Assembly (NCBI GenBank): GCA_002841545.1
Contig: PGZZ01000010.1
Span: 1-64,000 of the forward strand
Direction: 5' to 3'
DNA from: Firmicutes bacterium HGW-Firmicutes-16
GTDB taxonomy: Bacteria > Bacillota > Clostridia > Oscillospirales > Oscillospiraceae
Length of the DNA stretch: 64,000 bases
Both the position numbers and the translations under genes were made by a program. The notes beneath the pieces were generated by a model. It saw only the letters and a program-made list of their open reading frames with translations, did no database searches and had not been told where the DNA came from. This document shows positions 56,509 through 64,000 of this stretch, piece by piece (position 1 is the stretch's first letter; the number at the start of each line of letters is the position of its first letter).

Positions 56509-57043
56509 CGATGCTTTCGGCAACTGTCCTAATGTCACGCTGTATGGCGCTGCGGGCTCATATGCTGAAACCTACACCAAAGCAAACAAGCTAAGCTTCT
56601 CGCTTCTGACTGTGGTCGCGTCTCCAACCGCAGCGACGGTGCTTGTAAACGGAAAAATGGTAGCCTTTGATGCGTATAACATTGGCGGTAACAACTACTT
56701 CAAGCTCCGCGACCTCGCAATGGCGCTGAGCGGCTCTGACAGACAGTTTGAGCTTGGTTGGAACTCTTTGAAAAATGCTATCTCGCTCTCGACGGGAGAG
56801 ACTTATACACCGGTGGGCGGAGAGCTTGCGGTTTCGTCCGGGACAACGTCGGTGAGCGCGCTTTTTTCGACGGCGTCGGTGTTTCTGAACGGAACCGAGA
56901 TATGCCTCAAAGCCTATAATATAAACGGCAACAACTATTTCAAGCTGCGTGACGTCGGCGAGGCAATAGATTTTGGTGTGACATGGAATGCCGAAAAGAG
57001 CACGATAGAAATAGATACGACAAGCGGATATGTCTTTGAATAA
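56435..57043 (+). CDS. LRR tail plus two copper-amine-oxidase-N-like stalk repeats, C-terminal part of the same disrupted gene
   Basis: The frame continues the LRR consensus (SCTALMRAIISSTVISISDDAFGNCPNVTLYG). Then two copies of AYNIGGNNYFKLRDLAMAL / AYNINGNNYFKLRDVGEAI. Confidence 0.55.
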   Translation: MKLMRFSCTALMRAIISSTVISISDDAFGNCPNVTLYGAAGSYAETYTKANKLSFSLLTVVASPTAATVLVNGKMVAFDAYNIGGNNYFKLRDLAMALSGSDRQFELGWNSLKNAISLSTGETYTPVGGELAVSSGTTSVSALFSTASVFLNGTEICLKAYNINGNNYFKLRDVGEAIDFGVTWNAEKSTIEIDTTSGYVFE

Positions 57044-57058
57044 CTTATAAAATCAAAG

Positions 57059-57089
57059 GAACGCGGCAAAACAGCCGCGTTCTTTTTTT
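57059..57089 (+). terminator. Rho-independent terminator
   Basis: Stem gaacgcgg/ccgcgttc followed by T7. Confidence 0.8.
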
Positions 57090-57096
57090 GCACTTA

Positions 57097-57810
57097 TTAT
57101 CGACATCTGTAGCCAATCTTTTCTTCCCACCAGCCGAAGGCGATTCTCCCTGCGGCCGGCTCCAATGCCCCCTCGGCGAGGGATAGAAACACGAGAAAAT
57201 TTCCTCCGGGAGGGAAGATGAGCTTGCCGTTCTCGCTCTCGACCAAGGTCACCTCAGGCTCTCCTCTTCGAACGAAGGCCTTCACGCCGCCGCTCGGGGA
57301 ACCTGAAACATCCGATGCAAGCTGGAGCTTCACACGAGGAGTCGGAACCGGACGAAAAGCAGTATTGGAGGGCGTTACAAGAGCTGATTCCGAAGGAGTA
57401 CCGGGCGCTTCGGCGTTAAACCAGAACTGTGCCCGAAACGGAGACGACGAAATGTCCGTCACTGTCCAGACATTGACAAAAAGATTCACACCCGAGTCGG
57501 GCGGATTGTAGAGCCTTGCCCATGCGCTCGTGCCGTTTCCAAAGGTCAGCTCGTCTGCATAGCCGATGAAATACTGCCCTATAGCTGATTCGTAAGTCTC
57601 AATCGGGATGTTGACGCTCTGGGGTAAATGCAAATATTCAATATTTTTATTACCGCTCATATTTTTCAAATTAACCACCCTGTCAAAATGTTGTCTAATC
57701 CAATATATGACGAAAGGTGCGATTTTGCGCAGAAATATAAAGGCACCCATAAAACAGGCGCCTTTACTAGGATGCTTGATTGAATGGTCAACTGTAAAGT
57801 TTACCGACAA
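57097..57810 (-). CDS. Hypothetical protein (237 aa as called; the true start may be internal)
   Basis: The ORF overlaps the 3' end of the SDR gene by 23 nt. The N-terminal 50 aa are hydrophobic. No recognisable motif. Confidence 0.3.
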   Translation of the reverse strand: MSVNFTVDHSIKHPSKGACFMGAFIFLRKIAPFVIYWIRQHFDRVVNLKNMSGNKNIEYLHLPQSVNIPIETYESAIGQYFIGYADELTFGNGTSAWARLYNPPDSGVNLFVNVWTVTDISSSPFRAQFWFNAEAPGTPSESALVTPSNTAFRPVPTPRVKLQLASDVSGSPSGGVKAFVRRGEPEVTLVESENGKLIFPPGGNFLVFLSLAEGALEPAAGRIAFGWWEEKIGYRCR

Positions 57811-58576
57811 TCTTATTGCTTAGATTGTCGGAAAGGAGCTTTGCAATCGAAACGAAAAGCTTATACTTGGTTCCCGCCGTGTATAGGACTTTGGGGTTTT
57901 TCTTCTGAGAGACTCGATAAACCACGGACGCAATGTAATCGGGGCTCATACCGCCGATTTCATCCTTTTCCATGGATGAGACCGCCCTCTTTATCGTTTC
58001 GCCGTAATACGCGTAGCCGTCCTCACATTTTTCCCTCGCCTCGGTAAAGCCCGTATGGACATCACCCGGCATGACGGCGCTCACCCTAATGCCGAAAGGA
58101 CGCACCTCGTTCGCGAGCGCGAGAGTCAGTGAGTTAATAGCTGCCTTTGTGGCGGAATAGAACGCCTGAAACGGAATCGAAAGCGGCGCTGCGACGGAAC
58201 TGAGATTTATTATCCGCGAGCCTTGAGTTTTACGCAGATAGGGGAGAGCCTCTTTGCAGCAGAGGAAGGTGCCGAAAAAATTAACGTCAAAAATCCGATG
58301 TGCCTGCTCGAAAGACGTGAATTCCACGGCGCCCGAAATGCCCATTCCCGCATTGTTTATGAGAAGATCAATTCTTTTTTCCTTATCAAAGACCTCTTTG
58401 AAGGCACTTTGAATGTCCTCCGGCTTAGTAATGTCGGTGGTGACGTGAGAAATACCGTTTTCGCTCTTTCCGGTGCGGCTCAGCTCATAAACGATCCAGC
58501 CCTTGTCTTTAAAAAGGCGCGCCGAGCTTTTTCCGATGCCGCTGCTGCCGCCCGTTATTACAACTACATTGCCCAT
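57788..58576 (-). CDS. Classical short-chain dehydrogenase/reductase (SDR), 3-ketosphinganine-reductase-like context
   Basis: TGGSSGIGKS Rossmann motif and the YSATKAA catalytic Tyr/Lys motif. Start was placed at MGNVVVITGG (ATG 58576), overlapping the upstream gene's stop. Confidence 0.75.
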   Translation of the reverse strand: MGNVVVITGGSSGIGKSSARLFKDKGWIVYELSRTGKSENGISHVTTDITKPEDIQSAFKEVFDKEKRIDLLINNAGMGISGAVEFTSFEQAHRIFDVNFFGTFLCCKEALPYLRKTQGSRIINLSSVAAPLSIPFQAFYSATKAAINSLTLALANEVRPFGIRVSAVMPGDVHTGFTEAREKCEDGYAYYGETIKRAVSSMEKDEIGGMSPDYIASVVYRVSQKKNPKVLYTAGTKYKLFVSIAKLLSDNLSNKIVGKLYS

Positions 58577-59748
58577 TTGTCGCTCTCCAGAACGCTCTTC
58601 ATAATGTCCATCGCCTCGTCGAGAATGGACTCGGTATGAGATGCCATATAGCTCGTGCGTAACAGGCATTCCGCGGGAGGAGTTGCGGGGGGCAGGACGG
58701 GGTTAACATAGACGCCCGCGTCATACAGGTCCTTGGCAATGCCGAGCGTACGGAGCTTGTCATAAGTATAGATAGGAACGATGGGCGTCGTGCTCTCCAA
58801 GTGCTTAATATCACGCTTAGTAAGGCCGTCGCGCACATAACGGGAATTACGGGCGAGATTATCAACGAGCTCCGGATGCGCTGTGAGCTCGCGAAGGGCA
58901 GCAAGCGCACAGGCGCAGCTCGCCGGAGTCATCGAAGCCGAGAAAATGAAGGGGCGAGAGCTGTGGCGCACAAAATCGGCGATTCTTTCCGAGGATGCCA
59001 TGTAGCCGCCGAGAGAAGCTAGGGATTTTGAAAAAGTGCCCATGTAGATATCGACTTCCTTTTCAAGTCCGAAAAGGCTTGCCGTACCGCGTCCGCCTTC
59101 GCCGACAACGCCCAGACCGTGCGCGTCGTCAACCATCGTGCGAGCACCGTATTTTTTCGCAAGCCGTACAATCTCGGGTAAGTTCGCAACGTCGCCGCCC
59201 ATACTGAAAACGCCGTCCGTCACCACCAAAATGCCTGCTGTTTCGGGAACGCTTTGGAGCATACGTTCGAGGTCCTGCATGTCGTTATGTTTAAATCGGA
59301 GCATTTTTCCGTAGCTCAGTTTGCAGCCGTCATAAATGCTCGCGTGGTTTTCCTTGTCGCAGATGACATAGTCGGTACGCCCGACTATCGCGCTTATGAT
59401 GCCGAGATTGGACTGAAAGCCGGTTGAAAAGGTGACAACCGCTTCTTTATGTAGAAATTCCGCCAGCTCCGCCTCCAACTCAAGGTGCATATTCAGTGTG
59501 CCGTTTAGAAAGCGCGAGCCGGAGCAGCCGGTACCATATTTCTCGATTGCCTTTATACCAGCCTCGATAACATTCTGGTTAATCGTAAGTCCCAAGTAAT
59601 TGTTGGAACCGAGCATTATCCTACGCTTACCCTCCATAACAACTTCGATGTCTTGGCGGGACTCGAGAGCGTGAAAGTAGGGATATACTCCCATCTCGCG
59701 AACCTCGTCCGCCGGAGACTTGTGTTCGCATTTTTCAAAAATATCCAT
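58564..59748 (-). CDS. PLP-dependent alpha-oxoamine synthase, serine-palmitoyltransferase (SPT)-like
   Basis: The PLP-lysine motif GTFSKSLASLGGY is the SPT-type signature, as opposed to BioF GTLSKALG or Kbl GTLGKALG. 394 aa. Confidence 0.7.
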   Translation of the reverse strand: MDIFEKCEHKSPADEVREMGVYPYFHALESRQDIEVVMEGKRRIMLGSNNYLGLTINQNVIEAGIKAIEKYGTGCSGSRFLNGTLNMHLELEAELAEFLHKEAVVTFSTGFQSNLGIISAIVGRTDYVICDKENHASIYDGCKLSYGKMLRFKHNDMQDLERMLQSVPETAGILVVTDGVFSMGGDVANLPEIVRLAKKYGARTMVDDAHGLGVVGEGGRGTASLFGLEKEVDIYMGTFSKSLASLGGYMASSERIADFVRHSSRPFIFSASMTPASCACALAALRELTAHPELVDNLARNSRYVRDGLTKRDIKHLESTTPIVPIYTYDKLRTLGIAKDLYDAGVYVNPVLPPATPPAECLLRTSYMASHTESILDEAMDIMKSVLESDKWAM

Positions 59749-59772
59749 TATTATCCTCCTTCAGCTATGTGC

Positions 59773-60207
59773 CTATTCCTTTGTTTTCAGGTTCTTCGAA
59801 ATCTCCTCAGCAAGCAGCCTCGAGAGCTTCTGCAATACGGATTTTTCCGTATCGGAAAAATCTCTTGTGATGCTCGAAACATCGGGAATCTGACTGCCGT
59901 AGTAATCCAGAAACTTATTTGTCACGACAAGTCGGCATTCGCGCTTGTCGGTTTCGCAAAGCTGCTTCGTGATGTAGCCCTTGGAAACGAGAGAGATTAC
60001 CTTGTACGAAGCGTTTGGCTGCGATATCCCTAAAAAATCAGCGAATTCACCGATTGTAGGTTCTCCCAGAAGATAGATGACTTCCACCGAAAAAGCTTCC
60101 GTTGCGCTCAGGCTTCCCGGTTTTTCATTAATTGTTGCAAAAAGCTTTTGATAATGCGCTAGGCGAAGATAACGATAGAGCTCTTCAAAGTCTGTAGTCA
60201 TAAGCAT
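59773..60207 (-). CDS. MarR-family transcriptional regulator
   Basis: Winged HTH (LSATEAFSVEVIYLLGEPTIGEFADFLGISQPNASYKVISLVSKGYI). First gene of the marR-SPT-SDR cluster. Confidence 0.75.
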   Translation of the reverse strand: MLMTTDFEELYRYLRLAHYQKLFATINEKPGSLSATEAFSVEVIYLLGEPTIGEFADFLGISQPNASYKVISLVSKGYITKQLCETDKRECRLVVTNKFLDYYGSQIPDVSSITRDFSDTEKSVLQKLSRLLAEEISKNLKTKE

Positions 60208-60501
60208 CCCTCAATATAGATAAAAAAATTTATATAAAATATCAAATACATAATAGCACTGACTGACATAAGTTGCAAGCGAAAACTTCACCAATGTTTT
60301 TCATAAACTAAGCAGTTTTATTAATGATTAAATCTGGTGGGATTAAGCGAACGCTTCGCGTTTAGGCGCGCGGTTTATCATTTGTGACTAATAGACAAGG
60401 GGATTTGTGCAGCAAAATTATGATTTAGCAGGCTTTTAATAGTTTAAAAAAGGTAGTATAATGTAGAAAACAGAATAACGCTATTTGTGGAGATTGTATT
60501 A

Positions 60502-62031
60502 ATGAAAAACGAAACGATTTTGGTTCTCGATTTTGGCGGACAGTATAAAGAGCTGATTGCGTCGCGAGTAAGACAGCTTTCGGTCTATTCGGAGATCAAG
60601 CCCGGAAACATTTCAGCAGACGAGATTAGAAGAATTGCACCTATAGGATTGATTCTCACGGGTGGACCGAAAAGCGTTTACGGTCCTGATGCACCGAAAT
60701 GCGATCCTGAGGTATTCTCGCTCGGAATACCGGTGCTGGGTATTTGCTACGGCATGCAGCTCATGTGCTACACCCTTGGAGGCAAGGTTGTGCCGGGACT
60801 CGGCGGAGGCGAATACGGACGTATCCGTACGAAGCTCCAAACAGGATACAAGCTCTTCGAAGGGCTTAGCGAAAACGCCATGACCCTTATGAGCCACGGC
60901 GACATGGTTAAGGAACTGCCCGAGGGCTTTGCGCTCCTCGCTTCGACTGCGCACTGCAAAAACGCCGCTTTTTCCTGCGAGGAGCGCGGACTATACGCCG
61001 TGCAGTTTCATCCCGAGGTCAAGCATACCGACAAGGGTACTGAGCTTCTGCGCAACTTCCTCTTTACAATTTGCAAAGCCAAGGGCGACTATAATATAGA
61101 CGATTATCTTGAAGCGGCGGCTGCCGATATCAGGAAAAAGGTGGGGGACAAGAGAATATTACTCGCACTCTCCGGTGGGGTGGACTCGTCCGTCTGCGCG
61201 GCGCTCATCGAAAAAGCCGTTCCCGGCATGCTCACCTGCGTGTTCGTCGACCATGGTCTTATGCGTAAGAACGAGGGTGACAAAATTGAGGCTGTTTTCT
61301 CGAAAAGACAGCTCAATTTCATCAGAGTTAATGCTTCCGTAAGGTTCCTAAGTGAACTGAAGTGTGTTTCCGATTCAGAAAAAAAGCGTAAAATAATCGG
61401 AAAAGAGTTCGTCGAAGTGTTTCAGGAGCAAGCGAAGATGCTTGGCGACATTCCGTTTTTGGCGCAGGGCACAATCTATCCAGATGTTGTTGAATCCGGC
61501 GGAGGCACCACTGCCACGATTAAGAGCCACCACAATGTCGGCGGACTGCCTGAGAATATCGGCTTCGAGGGACTCATAGAGCCTTTACGCGGACTTTTCA
61601 AGGACGAGGTCAGGGCGCTCGGCAGAAAGCTGAATTTACCCGACGAGCTAGTCAACCGTCAGCCCTTCCCGGGACCCGGACTCGCCGTACGAATACTGGG
61701 CGAGATAACCCCCGAAAAGCTTGAAATTCTGCGGGAGGCGGACAGCATCGTCTGCGAGGAAATCGACAAAATGAAAAACCCGCCCAGCCAATATTTTGCG
61801 GTTCTGCCGGGAGTTCGCTCCGTCGGCGTGGCTGGAGACGAGCGTAAATATGACGATATAATTGCCGTAAGAGCCGTCATCACCAGCGACTTTATGACCG
61901 CCGAGTACGCGCCGCTTTCACACAGCCTGCTTTCGAAAATTTCGTCGAGAATTTCGAACGAGGTCAAGGGAGCAGGTCGCGTTGTATATGATATTTCGGG
62001 AAAACCGCCTGCAACCGTCGAGTGGGAATAA
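60502..62031 (+). CDS. guaA: GMP synthase (glutamine-hydrolysing)
   Basis: N-terminal class-I glutamine amidotransferase (ILVLDFGGQY...GICYGMQ...HPE), PP-loop SGGVDSS, and C-terminal GMP-synthase dimerisation domain (...ATVEWE). Confidence 0.9.
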   Translation: MKNETILVLDFGGQYKELIASRVRQLSVYSEIKPGNISADEIRRIAPIGLILTGGPKSVYGPDAPKCDPEVFSLGIPVLGICYGMQLMCYTLGGKVVPGLGGGEYGRIRTKLQTGYKLFEGLSENAMTLMSHGDMVKELPEGFALLASTAHCKNAAFSCEERGLYAVQFHPEVKHTDKGTELLRNFLFTICKAKGDYNIDDYLEAAAADIRKKVGDKRILLALSGGVDSSVCAALIEKAVPGMLTCVFVDHGLMRKNEGDKIEAVFSKRQLNFIRVNASVRFLSELKCVSDSEKKRKIIGKEFVEVFQEQAKMLGDIPFLAQGTIYPDVVESGGGTTATIKSHHNVGGLPENIGFEGLIEPLRGLFKDEVRALGRKLNLPDELVNRQPFPGPGLAVRILGEITPEKLEILREADSIVCEEIDKMKNPPSQYFAVLPGVRSVGVAGDERKYDDIIAVRAVITSDFMTAEYAPLSHSLLSKISSRISNEVKGAGRVVYDISGKPPATVEWE

Positions 62032-62035
62032 AACA

Positions 62036-62080
62036 TGCCCCGAAAACCCTGCATTTGCAAGGCTTTCGGGGCCGCTTATT
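62036..62080 (+). terminator. Hairpin terminator after guaA
   Basis: 9-bp stem gccccgaaa/tttcggggc. Weak T-tract. Confidence 0.5.
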
Positions 62081-62115
62081 TGTATCTGACTCCATTTTAT
62101 CTAAGTAGGTGATAT

Positions 62116-62154
62116 GAAAATTGCAGGGATGGCTCGTTTGAACCGTCCCTGCAA
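62116..62154 (-). terminator. Intrinsic terminator for the flagellin gene (minus strand)
   Basis: 9-bp stem ttgcaggga/tccctgcaa followed on the minus strand by UUUUC. Confidence 0.6.
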
Positions 62155-62188
62155 TGATTGGTTTAAGAGATTGGCTAAGCTGCTACTC

Positions 62189-63751
62189 TTACTGAAGCAG
62201 TTGCAGGATAGACTGCGGGTTCTGGTTTGCCTGCGCAAGCATTGCCTGAGCTGCCTGAGAAAGGATGTTCATCTTGGTATAGTTCATCATTTCTTTTGCC
62301 ATGTCTGTATCACGGATACGGCTGTTAGCAGCGTCCATGTTCTCAGTCGTGGTGTCCATACTGTTTATAGCATATTCAAGACGATTCTGGAGAGCACCAA
62401 GGTTGCCGCGGTTTGTTGAAACTGTGTTAATAGCAGACTTAATTGTTGCAATTGAGTTGCCTGCCGCTGTCTGAGTAGAAACGTCCAAACCTGCGGTTCC
62501 GAGACCTTCAGCTGTGAGGTCTCCAACGGAAACAGTAACCTTGTTGAATGAATCGTTGCTGTCACCGACCTGAAGGATTAGGCCGCCACTAGTCGACGAA
62601 CTACCGCCACCGGCACCATCGGGTAGGCCAGCACCGCCAACAAGCGTGTAAGCACCAAAGAAAGTATCAGGAGCAGCAACAACTCCATATTTTCTGGTAC
62701 CGTCAAAGCTTACTCTCATCTCAGCCCCTGCGTCACTGAGCGCGGAGTTGATTTCATCTGCAGAATATGTCTTTGCGGTGTCGAGATATACATTTGCGCT
62801 GCCATCAGCCAGAACCTCTGCCGTGCCTGCGGGGTTAAAAGCATTTCCAACTCCAAAATCAAGCATATCCCAATTTGCCTCAGTGCCGGCCTTTGAGGCT
62901 GTAACGGTTACCCCGGTTGTGGAGTTTGTTGAACTTGCCTGCTTTGGGTCTGCCGTGGTAACAGTTACACTAGAACCGACTGAAGTGGGTCCGGTTATTG
63001 TTATATCATTATTAAGGGTAATCTTCATTGTCTGTGCAGCTGCGGGAGCTCCTGATGCACTGGCAATAGCTGTATCAAGGTCTGTCTGATTAAAGGTAGT
63101 AGCAGCATTGGCTTGAAGGGTTACCGTCAATGACGTTCCGGACCAAGCAGCACTCATGTTTTTTGCTGCGGATGCTCCGGATGCTATTGTAATTTGTAGA
63201 CCCGCAGGAGCAGATGCCTTGAAGTCAATCGTGTGGGCTGCAAGACCATTGTTAGCAGCTCCACTAACACCGGTGGCGCCGCTTGAGCCGATACTGAGAG
63301 GAACAGTGGTAGTGACGGTTCCGAGAGACCCGTCGAGAAGGTTAATGCCATTGAAGTTCGTGGATTTCGCTATGCGTGTGATTTCGGTGTTGAGTGAGTC
63401 TACCTCAGTCTGTATAGCGTCACGGTCAACATTATCCTGGATTGTTCCGTTTGCAGACTTTGTTGCAAGCGATACCATTCGATTGAGCATGCTGTGTACT
63501 TCTGTCAGCGCGCCTTCAGCGGTTTGAACTAGAGAAATACCGTCCTGAGAGTTTGCGGAAGCCTGTGTTAGTCCCTGAATTTGAGCCTTCATTTTTTCGC
63601 TGATTGCGAGGCCGGATGCATCATCGCCTGCACGGTTGATGCGATAGCCGGAAGAAAGTTTTTCAAGGCTCTTTGCAAGCTGCGTGTTGTTTGTGCTCAA
63701 CTGACGATAAGCGTTAGTTGACATGGTATTGGTCCTTACAACCATACCCAT
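62189..63751 (-). CDS. fliC: Flagellin
   Basis: Conserved N-terminal D0/D1 (LSSGYRINRAGDDASGLAISEKM) and C-terminal (LGALQNRLEYAINSMDTTTENMDAANSRIRDTDMAKEM...LAQANQ) flagellin domains, with a long variable Thr/Ser/Ala-rich central region. RBS GGAGG. Confidence 0.9.
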   Translation of the reverse strand: MGMVVRTNTMSTNAYRQLSTNNTQLAKSLEKLSSGYRINRAGDDASGLAISEKMKAQIQGLTQASANSQDGISLVQTAEGALTEVHSMLNRMVSLATKSANGTIQDNVDRDAIQTEVDSLNTEITRIAKSTNFNGINLLDGSLGTVTTTVPLSIGSSGATGVSGAANNGLAAHTIDFKASAPAGLQITIASGASAAKNMSAAWSGTSLTVTLQANAATTFNQTDLDTAIASASGAPAAAQTMKITLNNDITITGPTSVGSSVTVTTADPKQASSTNSTTGVTVTASKAGTEANWDMLDFGVGNAFNPAGTAEVLADGSANVYLDTAKTYSADEINSALSDAGAEMRVSFDGTRKYGVVAAPDTFFGAYTLVGGAGLPDGAGGGSSSTSGGLILQVGDSNDSFNKVTVSVGDLTAEGLGTAGLDVSTQTAAGNSIATIKSAINTVSTNRGNLGALQNRLEYAINSMDTTTENMDAANSRIRDTDMAKEMMNYTKMNILSQAAQAMLAQANQNPQSILQLLQ

Positions 63752-64000
63752 AAATATACCTCCATGTATTATTTTCTTCGAAAAGCATCCGTGCTCTCCG
63801 AGCTATAAGTTTGTTTTTCAACCACGAAGCGAACTATGCACAGATCACTTCAAAATCGAAACACTAACTTACTGAATGAATATGGTGCGGCGGTTTTTTT
63901 TAGCCCAAACATGGCCACAATGGTACATTGGACACTTACATTTATTGAAGGACAACTGCTCACCGCACCAACGCATGTCCCACCGACTTTTACATCGGGG

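Noticed and set aside
60380-60500. Checked for a purine/guanine riboswitch upstream of guaA.
   Set aside because: No conserved purine-riboswitch core (…UAUA…GGGA…CUACC…) is present. Only a plausible TATAAT -10 box (aggtagTATAATg) was seen.
63752-64000. Looked for a sigma-D (sigma-28) TAAA-N15-GCCGATAT promoter upstream of the flagellin gene.
   Set aside because: No convincing match. The region is also truncated by the window end.
1-64000. Scanned for CRISPR arrays, rRNA/tRNA genes, transposases/integrases and phage-like genes.
   Set aside because: No direct-repeat/spacer periodicity, no tRNA-like cloverleaf candidates with a CCA context, and no recombinase or transposase motifs were found.

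Overview
The window looks like a chromosomal segment from a spore-forming, anaerobic Firmicute of class Clostridia, probably Ruminococcaceae/Oscillospiraceae-like. This rests on SASP/Tlp, CwlJ/GerQ, Rex, [FeFe]-hydrogenase and ferredoxin-oxidoreductase genes, two T-box leaders, Gram-positive lipoboxes and about 50% GC. Coding density is high on both strands. No transposases, integrases, CRISPR arrays, rRNA or tRNA genes were seen. Main contents, in order:
- flotillin, an amino-acid permease plus amidohydrolase, the Tlp spore protein, a TtcA-like PP-loop ATPase, a LysM/CAP protein, a NlpC/P60 endopeptidase and a DeoR regulator.
- A complete Lsr-type AI-2 uptake and processing locus (lsrR, lsrK, lsrACDB, lsrF). 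lsrG is missing and two cupin-like genes sit in its place.
- A LivJHMGF branched-chain amino-acid ABC transporter.
- A T-box leader (likely Ile specifier) driving a four-subunit 2-oxoacid:ferredoxin oxidoreductase (GDAB order).
- A second T-box leader driving a sodium:solute symporter with its small accessory protein.
- cwlJ-gerQ followed by a large Ig-repeat protein.
- A putative H2-sensing module: rex, a Trx-like [2Fe-2S] ferredoxin, the PAS-containing sensory hydrogenase HydS, a PP2C phosphatase and a HydA-like hydrogenase.
- An FNT channel, an RluA pseudouridine synthase, YbaK, and a TetR-flavodoxin-FMN-binding trio.
- An LRR/copper-amine-oxidase-N-domain surface protein that appears frameshifted.
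- A MarR / serine-palmitoyltransferase-like / SDR operon, guaA and a flagellin.
Three apparent gene disruptions are flagged: one in-frame stop and two single-base frameshifts. Several strong intrinsic terminators and a perfect 50-bp palindrome upstream of rex are also noted.
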